The notes below the pieces were generated by a model. That model was not told the origin of the DNA. It ran no database searches and worked only from the letters and a program-made list of their open reading frames with translations. A stretch of 64,000 nucleotides of DNA from Candidatus Wolframiiraptor gerlachensis (lineage in GTDB: Archaea; Thermoproteota; Nitrososphaeria_A; Caldarchaeales; Wolframiiraptoraceae): contig JAJPCT020000018.1 in the NCBI GenBank assembly GCA_021323375.2, positions 1 to 64,000 of the forward strand, written 5' to 3'. Shown one piece after another: positions 28,867-38,051 of this stretch. Each line of letters starts with the position of its first letter. Within the stretch, counting starts at the first letter, position 1. The translations under genes were made by a program, and so were the position numbers.

Positions 28867-29861
28867 CTGGAATACTCGTATATGCCGAGGCCAGCGGCCC
28901 CGAGATACATCCTATATCATTTGAGCTTCTTGGCAAGGCTAGGGAGCTGGCTGAGAAGCTTGGCCTAGAGGTCTGGAGCGTGGCCCTTGGATATGGGATC
29001 TCAGATAGGGCCCCCGAGCTGATATATCATGGCGCCGACAAGGTCTACGTCTACGATGATGAGAGGCTCCGAGACCTAAACGTTGTAGCATACAAGAATG
29101 TGCTCGTGGAGCTTGTGAAGGAGATTAAGCCGGAGATCTTCCTCCTCGGCGCGACTCCTTGGGGCCGGAGCCTAGCTCCAAGGGTAGCTGCAGCCCTCGA
29201 TACCGGCCTAACAGCGGACTGCATAGATCTCCAAGTCAGCGAGGATGGCAAGCTCATCCAGATTAGGCCCGCTTTCACCGGGAACATCCTCGCACACATA
29301 GAGACTGTTAGCAAGCCGGTCATGGCCACCATAAGATATAGGGTGATGAGGAAGCTGCCCCGAGACCCGAGTAGAAAAGGGGAGATAATAGTCTGCAGTG
29401 TCGAGAAGATAGACTGTGATGGGATAAGATGCTTAGGGAAGGTGTCGGAGAGGAGGATAAACCTAGCTGATGCCGAGATAGTGGTTGCTGGTGGAAGGGG
29501 CTTGAAGAAGAAGGAGGATCTAAGATTGCTAGAGGAGCTGGCAAGCGTGATCGGCGGGGTTGTTGGGGCGAGCCGGCCATTAGTCGAGGAGGGCTGGATC
29601 TCTAAGGATCACCAAGTCGGCTTTAGTGGGAACGTGGTCAAGCCAAAACTATACGTCGCATGTGGGATATCCGGCTCACCACAGCACTTAGCCGGGATGA
29701 GAGACTCGAACATAATCATAGCGATAAACATCGATCCATCAGCACCAATCTTCAGACATGCAGATTATGGTGTAGTCTCCGATCTCTACGACTTCATACC
29801 AAAGCTCATAAATTATCTAAAGGAGAGGGCTGGAAAATCCGTGGAGACAAAAATGATGTAA
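28863..29861 (+). CDS. etfA: Electron transfer flavoprotein alpha subunit
   Basis: TGLTADC, VAGGRG, QVGFSG, GISGSPQH. Confidence 0.95.
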   Translation: MTGILVYAEASGPEIHPISFELLGKARELAEKLGLEVWSVALGYGISDRAPELIYHGADKVYVYDDERLRDLNVVAYKNVLVELVKEIKPEIFLLGATPWGRSLAPRVAAALDTGLTADCIDLQVSEDGKLIQIRPAFTGNILAHIETVSKPVMATIRYRVMRKLPRDPSRKGEIIVCSVEKIDCDGIRCLGKVSERRINLADAEIVVAGGRGLKKKEDLRLLEELASVIGGVVGASRPLVEEGWISKDHQVGFSGNVVKPKLYVACGISGSPQHLAGMRDSNIIIAINIDPSAPIFRHADYGVVSDLYDFIPKLINYLKERAGKSVETKMM

Positions 29862-29886
29862 ACAGCAATTATAGTCCAGTGAGCAA

Positions 29887-31773
29887 CTACTTTATTTTTT
29901 CCAAGAGCGTCTTATATGCATCGAATTTGCTCTCCTCTAAGCATTTCATGAGCCCGAGCCTTTCAAGGGTCTCCCTCTTCGGGTAACCATCCGGACCCCA
30001 TCCTCGATACTCATAGTACTCCTTCAGCATTTTATCTAGCTCAACAACTTGGCCTGAAGCTCCACCATTTGATAGAGGCTCCTTAAGCAATCTATCGGGG
30101 AGCTTATCATCCTCACCACTCATCCCACATGCTAGGTTGAATAGCCTCTTCAGATTGAAGATCGCCGTCCCTCTTTGATGCAGGTCCTTGGCTGTGGTCT
30201 TTCTACCCGTTGCTAGTGAGTAGACTGAGGCGACATGGCCGGGGGTTATCATGAGGAACTTGCATATGCCTAGAGACTCGATCACTTCATGCCAATCCTG
30301 CATTATCGCCACTATCCTACCCTTCCCATCCACGTCAAATCTCCAGACCCTCTCATGTATCCCCAAATCTGTTACCCTCTCGCCCTGCTCGATCCTGAAG
30401 ACAAGCCCATAGAGGTGATCCGCGCCCCTATTGGATGTCGCATATTGGAGCCCCATGCCCTTAAAAGCCCTTGGATCATGCATGGGTATCTCAAGGCCCT
30501 TAGAATGCATTGCAAATGACTCCGATCCCTTAACCTCCTTAGACGCCTCTCTTACGCCCCTCGCCAATAGCTCCCCAATACCATACCTCTTCGCGATCTT
30601 CATAATCAATTCTTCAACAAGTTTATGATCACCCCATCTTGGCTTGATCCCATCTAGTTTCTCATCACTTATCAGCCCCCTCTCATATGCCTCGATAAGC
30701 CATGCTATGACAACGCCGGTTGAGATCACATCTATGCCGAGCTTATTGCAAAGCTGATGTAGCTTCGCCACCTTCGTAGGGTCGCTTATCAGGAGAAGTG
30801 ATCCTAAAGCCCCTATACTCTCGTACTCAATAGCCCTTCCCACGACCTTCTCTCCATCAACCTCACAGTCAACATATCTCCAGCATCCTATTGGACAGTT
30901 GAAGCAGGCCCTATGCCCCCTAACTATCCTCTTTGCCACCTCCTCACCCTCTAGATTACGCACCTCATCCCAAGTCCCCATGCTGAAGTTTTTTATCGGC
31001 AGATCCCCGTACGTATACATAGGCCCAACTTCTGCGGTCGTGCCATAAGTTGAATAAAGCTGCGTGGTCGGGAAAGACATTATCGATGGAAGTATCCTCT
31101 TGAGATATTCTCTTAGGCTGGGTAGGTTCTCCACCTCGACCTTGCCCGAGCCCTTCACAGCTATCGCCTTCAAGTTCTTTGAACCCATTACAGCGCCCAT
31201 CCCACATCTCCCAGCAGCCCTCGGACCATCCGGCCTAACATCAAAGAATACTCCCGCGATGCTTACAAGATTCTCGCCAGCCGGGCCTATGACCGCGCAT
31301 CTAACATTCTCGCCAATAAGCTTCTTCAACTCAATATCAGCCCCATATGTATCTAGGCCCCAAAGCCTGCTAGCATCCCCAATCTCCACCTCTCCATCAT
31401 GGATATAGAGGTATACGGGTTTCTCAGCCCTCCCAGTCACGACTATTCCATCATATCCAGCCCTCTTCAGCTCGGTGCCCCAGAAGCCCCCAGCATGAGC
31501 CTCGCCCCAGCCTCGAGTTAACGGAGACTTTGCCGCCACCGTCATACGAGCTCCAGTCGGCATTATCGTCCCGGTTAGAGGCCCAGTCATGAAGACAAGG
31601 ACATTCTCTGGTGAAAGTGGATCCACCGCGGGATCTACTAAGTCGAATATCAGCCTAGCAGCCAGTCCACTTCCACCGAGGAAGTTCGTGAGATATTCTT
31701 CCGGAATCTCCCTGGCCTCCACCCTGCCATCGCTAAGGTTCACATAAGCTATTTTCCTGCAATAACATTTCAT
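29887..31773 (-). CDS. Tungsten-type aldehyde:ferredoxin oxidoreductase family protein
   Basis: KSPLT, AAGRCGMGAVMGSKNLKAI, ACFNCPIGC, EYESI, DPRAF. Confidence 0.94.
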   Translation of the reverse strand: MKCYCRKIAYVNLSDGRVEAREIPEEYLTNFLGGSGLAARLIFDLVDPAVDPLSPENVLVFMTGPLTGTIMPTGARMTVAAKSPLTRGWGEAHAGGFWGTELKRAGYDGIVVTGRAEKPVYLYIHDGEVEIGDASRLWGLDTYGADIELKKLIGENVRCAVIGPAGENLVSIAGVFFDVRPDGPRAAGRCGMGAVMGSKNLKAIAVKGSGKVEVENLPSLREYLKRILPSIMSFPTTQLYSTYGTTAEVGPMYTYGDLPIKNFSMGTWDEVRNLEGEEVAKRIVRGHRACFNCPIGCWRYVDCEVDGEKVVGRAIEYESIGALGSLLLISDPTKVAKLHQLCNKLGIDVISTGVVIAWLIEAYERGLISDEKLDGIKPRWGDHKLVEELIMKIAKRYGIGELLARGVREASKEVKGSESFAMHSKGLEIPMHDPRAFKGMGLQYATSNRGADHLYGLVFRIEQGERVTDLGIHERVWRFDVDGKGRIVAIMQDWHEVIESLGICKFLMITPGHVASVYSLATGRKTTAKDLHQRGTAIFNLKRLFNLACGMSGEDDKLPDRLLKEPLSNGGASGQVVELDKMLKEYYEYRGWGPDGYPKRETLERLGLMKCLEESKFDAYKTLLEKIK

Positions 31774-31774
31774 C

Positions 31775-32432
31775 CTAAATCCCCCAATACTTCTTGGCAA
31801 CCTCTATCTCTTCCGGCGGAACTTCTGGCGGCTCCCTTCCCAAGGTATAGCAGACAAATTCTATAGTAGCTATTGCCTCGAGAAGCTCTACTATCGCCTC
31901 AGCCTCTAGCAGGTTTGTTCCGAGTGCAAGGACCCCATGGTTCTTCAGGATTATTGCGCGGGCACCTCTCGATGCAGCCTGAGCAACGGCCTCGGCCAAC
32001 TGAGTGGTCCCAGGAAACTTGAACTCGATCTCCTCAATTCTCCTAAGCAGTAGAACCGCCTCATCCGTTATAGTTGTTTTAATCTTCTTGCCGGCGAGAG
32101 TTAATCCCAAGACCATGGGGTTGTGAGCATGCACAACGGCATTAACATCGGGTCTAACCTTGTAGACCGCTGCGTGCATGGGCCACTCGATGGATGGCTT
32201 GAGGAACCCCTCAACAATATCGCCATCAAGGTTGAGCTTGACTAGGTCGTCAGGCTTGAGAGCACCCTTGAAGACCTGGCTCGGGGTAATCCAGAACTCT
32301 GCCTGCCCCGGGGATCCTCGCGCTAATATTGCCGCCTAAGGCCGTGATCAGGGATCTATCATAAAGCGTCTTCGAGATCCTGATAATCTCCTCCTTAATC
32401 TCATCCTCGGAGAAGAGTTCAAACTCACTCAT
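31775..32432 (-). pseudogene. fucA: Class II aldolase (L-fuculose-1-phosphate aldolase-like), frameshifted
   Basis: GGNISAR..WITPS..KPSIEWPMH..VVHAH..LKNHG; frame break at the GGCAGGCA tandem (32300-07). Confidence 0.8.
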
Positions 32433-32551
32433 AGGATTGCTCGCCTAAAATCTACCTAGCAGATTAAAAAACTTATACTTTCATGGAGCCTTCCAATAAC
32501 AGGCCTTCTAGCGGCTTCAGCGAAATATTTTAAATATAATCGAGCATAAAA

Positions 32552-34081
32552 ATGCTGTTGCCGGACATGATGAGTCAAAAGCAGGATCTTGTTCTAGTTT
32601 ATGATTGTGGTTCTACAAATCTTCGAGTGCTGGCGATGGATTCCCGTGGAGAGGTTATTGCTCACAGGAGGGAATTGAATTCCACGAAGCCTCAGCCGGG
32701 CGGCCACCCGGAATGGCGCATCTGGGATCTTGATGATATCTGGAAGAAGCTATGCATGCTTACACGTGGGGTGTTATCCGATCTTGGAGACAGGTATAGG
32801 GTTGCTGGCGTGATAGTCACTACTTGGGGGGCCGATGGCGTGTTCGTTGATGAGAGGGGCAATCCAACCTATCCCGCGATATCATGGCAATGTCCCAGAA
32901 CTAGGGAGGTTATGGATTATGTTCGGGAGCTGATCGACCCATGGGAGGTCTTCAGGATAACGGGCTACCAGTTTATATCATTTAACACGATTTTTAAGTG
33001 GATCTGGATTAGGAAGAATGCTCCGGATGCGATAAAGAGGGCTAAAGCATTTCTCATGATCCCCCACTACATATCATATAAGCTCACGGGAGAGTTTCAT
33101 GTTGAGCCGACTGATGCCTCGACAACCATGGCCATGGACTTGGCTAAGAGGGACTGGTCGGATGAAATGCTATCAATAGCGGGGGTTGATCGAGCATTAT
33201 TTCCGGAGTGGAGGGAGCCTGGAGACTATGCGGGCTATGTAACCGAGCAGGCAAGTAGGGAGACGGGCTTGAAAAAGGGCCTCCCAGTAATAGTCGGCGG
33301 CCATGACACGCAATTCGCTATCTTCGCGGCAGGTGCTCGGAGGGATGAGGCCGTCCTCTCGAGCGGGACGTGGGAAATACTCTCATTCAGATCTGAGGAA
33401 TACATCACGAGTAGAGACGCTTATGAACATGGCGTCGTGGTTGAGCTCGATGTTGAGAAAAATAGGTGGAACCCGCAATTCCTGATGATAGCATCAGGTG
33501 TTTTAGAGTGGCTTAGTAAGATAGCATACCACGAATGTGAAAAAAGATATGAGCTGATGGTTGAGGAGGCGTCGCGAATTTCCCCCGGATCGGAGGGCGT
33601 GTTCTTTCTCCCAAGCTTCTTCCCCGGCTCCGGCCCCACCGGGAAATACAATGTTCCAGGTGTGATCGTGGGGCTAACATTATCGATCACTAGAGCGCAT
33701 CTGTATAGGGCCGCTCTAGAGGGGCTCTCATACCAACTGAGGCTGGCATTAGAGCTTCTGGAAAGATCATTCAATCTTAGATTCTCGGCGATACGTGTGG
33801 TTGGAGGCGGATCGAGAAACGAGTTATGGAACATGATCCGGGCAAACATCACCGGGAGAAGGATAATCACGAGCAGATTCGCTGAGACAACAGCCTTGGG
33901 CGCGGCGATAGTGGCCTTTAAGGGCATAGGATTATTCAGAACCTTCGAGGAAGCAAGAGAAAACTTGGATTACGACCTAAAAGTAGTTGAGCCCGAAAAG
34001 GACCGAACCGTATACGAGGAATGCTATGAGCGATATCTCCAGTTATATCAAAACCTCTCCACACTTTTCAAAAATGATTGA
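32552..34081 (+). CDS. fucK: L-fuculokinase-like FGGY kinase
   Basis: DCGSTNLR, VTTWGADG, ISWQCPRT, SFNT, GHDTQFA, VLSSGTWEIL closely follow E. coli FucK motifs as recalled. Confidence 0.82.
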   Translation: MLLPDMMSQKQDLVLVYDCGSTNLRVLAMDSRGEVIAHRRELNSTKPQPGGHPEWRIWDLDDIWKKLCMLTRGVLSDLGDRYRVAGVIVTTWGADGVFVDERGNPTYPAISWQCPRTREVMDYVRELIDPWEVFRITGYQFISFNTIFKWIWIRKNAPDAIKRAKAFLMIPHYISYKLTGEFHVEPTDASTTMAMDLAKRDWSDEMLSIAGVDRALFPEWREPGDYAGYVTEQASRETGLKKGLPVIVGGHDTQFAIFAAGARRDEAVLSSGTWEILSFRSEEYITSRDAYEHGVVVELDVEKNRWNPQFLMIASGVLEWLSKIAYHECEKRYELMVEEASRISPGSEGVFFLPSFFPGSGPTGKYNVPGVIVGLTLSITRAHLYRAALEGLSYQLRLALELLERSFNLRFSAIRVVGGGSRNELWNMIRANITGRRIITSRFAETTALGAAIVAFKGIGLFRTFEEARENLDYDLKVVEPEKDRTVYEECYERYLQLYQNLSTLFKND

Positions 34082-34191
34082 GGGCGATATCTAACTGGAA
34101 GCTCGTCTGAAAATTATGCTTGAGATAGATGGTAAAGCGCGTCAAACGCCAGATTTATATCATCTTGCTTGCCTTTGTCTAGGCTGATAGG

Positions 34192-35580
34192 GTGAGTGGA
34201 GGAGTGGGGCGGGAGATTATAGAGGAGCTCAAATCAATTGTAGGGGATGAATGGGTTGTATCCGCTAGGGAGGCTATCGAGGGATACTTGTACGATGAGA
34301 CCCCAATACCTATTAGGCCTGAGGCATGCGATGATGTTGTTGTGGTTAAGCCTGGCTGCTCTGAGGAGGTGTCGAGAATACTTCAGCTCGCGAATAAGTA
34401 TCTGATTCCGGTGTTCCCTAGAGGCGGTGGGACGGGTCTTGCTGGGGCATGCATTCCAACTATGAGCGGGATAATTTTGTCGCTTGAGCGGATGAATAAG
34501 ATCATCGTTGATACTGATAATTTGATGGCTGAGGCCGAGGCTGGGGCGACGCTTAAGGACCTTATCGAGGCCGCGGATAGGGCGGGCTTATCCTTCCCGC
34601 TTCATCCAGGTGATGAGGGTGCTCAGATCGGCGGATTGATAGCGTGTAACGCTGGTGGTGCTAGGGCGATTAAAACCGGGGTAATGAGGAACTGCGTCAA
34701 GGGGATTGAGGTTGTCCTGCCGACGGGTGAGATAATTAGGCTGGGTGGAAAGGTTCTGAAGAATAATGTCGGCTATGACTTAATGCACTTGATTATCGGT
34801 AGTGAGGGGACGCTGGGAGTGATAACCAAGGCTTGGATAAGGCTTCAGCCTAGGGATATTGCCTCCGCCACGATAGTCATCCCGTTTGAGAGGAGGGAAC
34901 AGGCTCTGGGAATAGTTCCAAAGATATTCAAGGAGGGGATAGTGCCCCTGGCCGTGGAGTATGTTGAGAGGAATCTTGTCGAGATGGTTGCGAGGAGCCT
35001 TGGGCTTAAATGGCCATGCGCCTCGGCGGAATACCAGCTGATCGTCATTCTGTCTGAGACCTCCGAGGACGCGCTTCTTGGCGCCCTAGAGAGGCTTCTC
35101 AATCTCTGTGAGAAGTCTGGTGCCCTTGAGCCGGTGGTAGCTGAGACGAGGAAGGAGCAGGATGAGATCCTGAAGATTAGGAGCGAGATCTATTCCACCC
35201 TCAAGCCTAACATGGTTGATATACTGGATGCAACCGTCCCTCCCGCCAGATTGATAGACTTAATAGAGAAGGTGAATGAGCTTGAGAAGAAATATGGCGT
35301 CTACATGCCCGTTTATGGACATGCTGGGGATGGGAATCTACACGTGCATCTAATGAAGTGGGATGGATGGACTGATGAAAGATATGATGAGCTTAGGAGA
35401 GTAATTTATGCTAAGGCCCTCGAGCTCGGAGGGACGATAACCGGGGAGCATGGCATAGGATATGTTAGGAGAAAGTATGTTGAGATGGTGCTAGATAGAA
35501 AATCAGTCGAGCTCATGAGGGAGATTAAGAGGATCTTTGACCCGAATAACATATTGAATCCTGATAAAGTTCTACCATGA
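34192..35580 (+). CDS. FAD-linked 2-hydroxyacid dehydrogenase (GlcD/LctD-like)
   Basis: PRGGGTGL, NAGG, GSEGTLGVIT, GHAGDGNLH, GEHGIG, FDPNNILNP. Confidence 0.92.
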   Translation: MSGGVGREIIEELKSIVGDEWVVSAREAIEGYLYDETPIPIRPEACDDVVVVKPGCSEEVSRILQLANKYLIPVFPRGGGTGLAGACIPTMSGIILSLERMNKIIVDTDNLMAEAEAGATLKDLIEAADRAGLSFPLHPGDEGAQIGGLIACNAGGARAIKTGVMRNCVKGIEVVLPTGEIIRLGGKVLKNNVGYDLMHLIIGSEGTLGVITKAWIRLQPRDIASATIVIPFERREQALGIVPKIFKEGIVPLAVEYVERNLVEMVARSLGLKWPCASAEYQLIVILSETSEDALLGALERLLNLCEKSGALEPVVAETRKEQDEILKIRSEIYSTLKPNMVDILDATVPPARLIDLIEKVNELEKKYGVYMPVYGHAGDGNLHVHLMKWDGWTDERYDELRRVIYAKALELGGTITGEHGIGYVRRKYVEMVLDRKSVELMREIKRIFDPNNILNPDKVLP

Positions 35581-35592
35581 GTAGTAAGCGCT

Positions 35593-37365
35593 TCACATGC
35601 TCGAACTTCTCTTGATGATGTTATCGAATTCTTTAAGCGCCTCCTCAAGGTATTCTCTCGAGATCCTTCCAAGCGGGGTCGGCGTCTCGATTATTCTCCT
35701 CGGTATTCTTAGACCGCTTGCCCTGAAGCCCTCCTCCCATTTCAGCCTTTGCTTCTCGAAGTATATCTCCCTACCAAGCCTCTTGAGATCTTCTGGAGAG
35801 TAATCATAGCCGAGGCTTCTCAATGCCTCAGAGACGAGGTTCTCGTCATAGACTCCCCTCGCGAAGAGGCATAATACGAGTGATGTGAGGATCTGCCTCC
35901 AAGCCTCCTCCTCAATGATCCTCTGAACCGCTTCTCGTGGGCTGGGCAGCCTCTCACCCAAGGAGAATATTTTCTGGTCTAGGGAGTATGCGCCGGAGTC
36001 TAGGTGCGAGTGTCTGAACCCTATTGCGAGGGAGATGAAGAATAATGGGCCGGTCAGATATCCGGCTGGCTCAATCCTGTTAAAGGCCATGGCGAAGTCC
36101 TCTCCACCATATCTTCTAGCCGCCTCCTCGACGCCCATCGCGAGGACCTTATAGAACTCGTTGGGTTGACTCACGATGTTCTCTATGGCCGCCATGTAGC
36201 CCCTCCAATCGCCCCACTTGAGATCCACAAGCGTCTCGGATTTCGTGATTAGGCCGCGCTCGAGGGCCTCCGTCGCCCATGCTAGGATGACTCCAGTGGA
36301 GATCGCGTCAAGACCCCAGTCCTCCACCGCTTTAAAGAGCTTGAGGAGGCCGAATCTATCCCTGACCCCGAGGTTCGTGCCGAGAGCATAGATGGGTTCA
36401 TAGTCATATGAGATGAACTCGGTCTTATACATGAACCTCTCATCCTCATATTCCTCTCTTATGGCTGCGAGGTGTATGCAGGCGACGGGGCATGCTGAGC
36501 AGGCGACCCTGCGCGCGAGCACGTTCTCAACTAAGGCCTCACCACTAATCTCCTCAGCCGCATCAAACCTGCCCGAGCTGAAGTTCTTCGTGGGCAGGGC
36601 CCCTATCGCGTTGAGAACAAGCACGTTCTCTGCTGTTCCGAGGTCATGGTATTTTTTGGTCTTCGGGCCCTTGGCGAGATCATAGATCTTCTTATAGATA
36701 TCCCGATAACGCCTCATGTCCGGGAATCTGTAGACCTTTTCCGGGGCTACGACTATGGCCTTGAGCTTCTTGGAGCCGAAGACGGCGCCGAGGCCCATCC
36801 TCCCGAAGTGGCGGAAAGTCTCAACCATGACCATAGCATATCTCACCAGCTTCTCTCCAGCCCCACCTATCCTAAGAATACTCCTCATTCCGGCTCCCGG
36901 GGTAATCTCTCTGAGAATTCTCCCGACGGTCTCGGCGCTTCTAACACCCCAGAGAGCGCTCGCATCTCTAAACCTCACTCGATCATGCTCTATCACGAGA
37001 TATACCGGCCTCTCGCTCACACCTCTTATCACGATCGCGCCATATCCCGCGAACCTTATTGCTAAAGCCGACCTCCCGCCCGCATGGGACTCCGCGAAAT
37101 AGCCGTTTAAAGGAGACTTGAAGACCGCAACAGTCTTTGACGCCATCGGAAATACTCCCGTTAATGGGCCGACGGCGAATATTATCGCGTTCTCCGGGCT
37201 CAGCGGGTCGGCGCCCCTCGGGACCTCCTCCTTATAGAGCTGGGCCGCCACACCTATTCCGCCAAGCCATCTACTGAAGAGGTCTTCACGATCCTCAACC
37301 CAATACCTCTTCCTAGCCAGGTCCACGTAAAGCACTCTTGAAAGCGTCCTCACCCAGTATGACAT
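35593..37365 (-). CDS. Aldehyde:ferredoxin oxidoreductase family protein (second AOR)
   Basis: KSPL, GRMGLGAVFGSKKLKAI, ACSACPVAC, DYE, GLDAISTG. Confidence 0.93.
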   Translation of the reverse strand: MSYWVRTLSRVLYVDLARKRYWVEDREDLFSRWLGGIGVAAQLYKEEVPRGADPLSPENAIIFAVGPLTGVFPMASKTVAVFKSPLNGYFAESHAGGRSALAIRFAGYGAIVIRGVSERPVYLVIEHDRVRFRDASALWGVRSAETVGRILREITPGAGMRSILRIGGAGEKLVRYAMVMVETFRHFGRMGLGAVFGSKKLKAIVVAPEKVYRFPDMRRYRDIYKKIYDLAKGPKTKKYHDLGTAENVLVLNAIGALPTKNFSSGRFDAAEEISGEALVENVLARRVACSACPVACIHLAAIREEYEDERFMYKTEFISYDYEPIYALGTNLGVRDRFGLLKLFKAVEDWGLDAISTGVILAWATEALERGLITKSETLVDLKWGDWRGYMAAIENIVSQPNEFYKVLAMGVEEAARRYGGEDFAMAFNRIEPAGYLTGPLFFISLAIGFRHSHLDSGAYSLDQKIFSLGERLPSPREAVQRIIEEEAWRQILTSLVLCLFARGVYDENLVSEALRSLGYDYSPEDLKRLGREIYFEKQRLKWEEGFRASGLRIPRRIIETPTPLGRISREYLEEALKEFDNIIKRSSSM

Positions 37366-37772
37366 ACAACCTCCACCTCTTGGAGCCTTATCACCTTATG
37401 GGGGCAGAACTGGGCACAGTATCCGCAGTATACGCAGATTATGGGCTTCCCAGTCTCTTCATCCATCCATATCGCGCCTATATCGCATGCCTCGGCGCAG
37501 TGGCCGCAACCATTACATCGCTCGGGTTTCAGGAGGACTCCTCCGCCGGGCCTCGGGATCAACGCATCCTCGGGACATACTCTGGCACATGGTGGATCCA
37601 AGCATGCCCTACAGACGATAACCGTGAAGCCCCGCTCAACACCACCAGCACTGCGAACCTTGATTGCCGACTTCTCATACCCGGCGAAGCCAAGCCTCCT
37701 AGAGCAGGCGAGCATGCAGAGCTGGCACCCAACACACCTATTCGCATCAAGAACTGCTAACCTCTTAACCAA
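37350..37772 (-). CDS. 4Fe-4S dicluster protein, partner of the adjacent AOR
   Basis: CVGCQLCMLAC, CRACLDPPCARVCP, CNGCGHCAEAC, CVYCGYCAQFCP. Confidence 0.92.
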   Translation of the reverse strand: MVKRLAVLDANRCVGCQLCMLACSRRLGFAGYEKSAIKVRSAGGVERGFTVIVCRACLDPPCARVCPEDALIPRPGGGVLLKPERCNGCGHCAEACDIGAIWMDEETGKPIICVYCGYCAQFCPHKVIRLQEVEVVCHTG

Positions 37773-38051
37773 GCAAATAACCCTCAACAACTAAATGATC
37801 CGCCAGCTTTAAACATTTCCAGATGATCACCACGATACACACTCATCGGGATAAGTCCAATAGAGATAAAACTTTACAGTTTCGGCGATAACTAGTTTCA
37901 CAACAATAGGCTTGCAGCTAAGAATCGTTTATGACGTCGCATCACCTGCTTTAACATCCACCCGAGAGTATCCCCCATCATATTCATGCCTAGGTTATCG
38001 TGGGGGTTTAGTTTAGATTAAAATGCGCCGAGGATATTTTCTATCGTAGCC

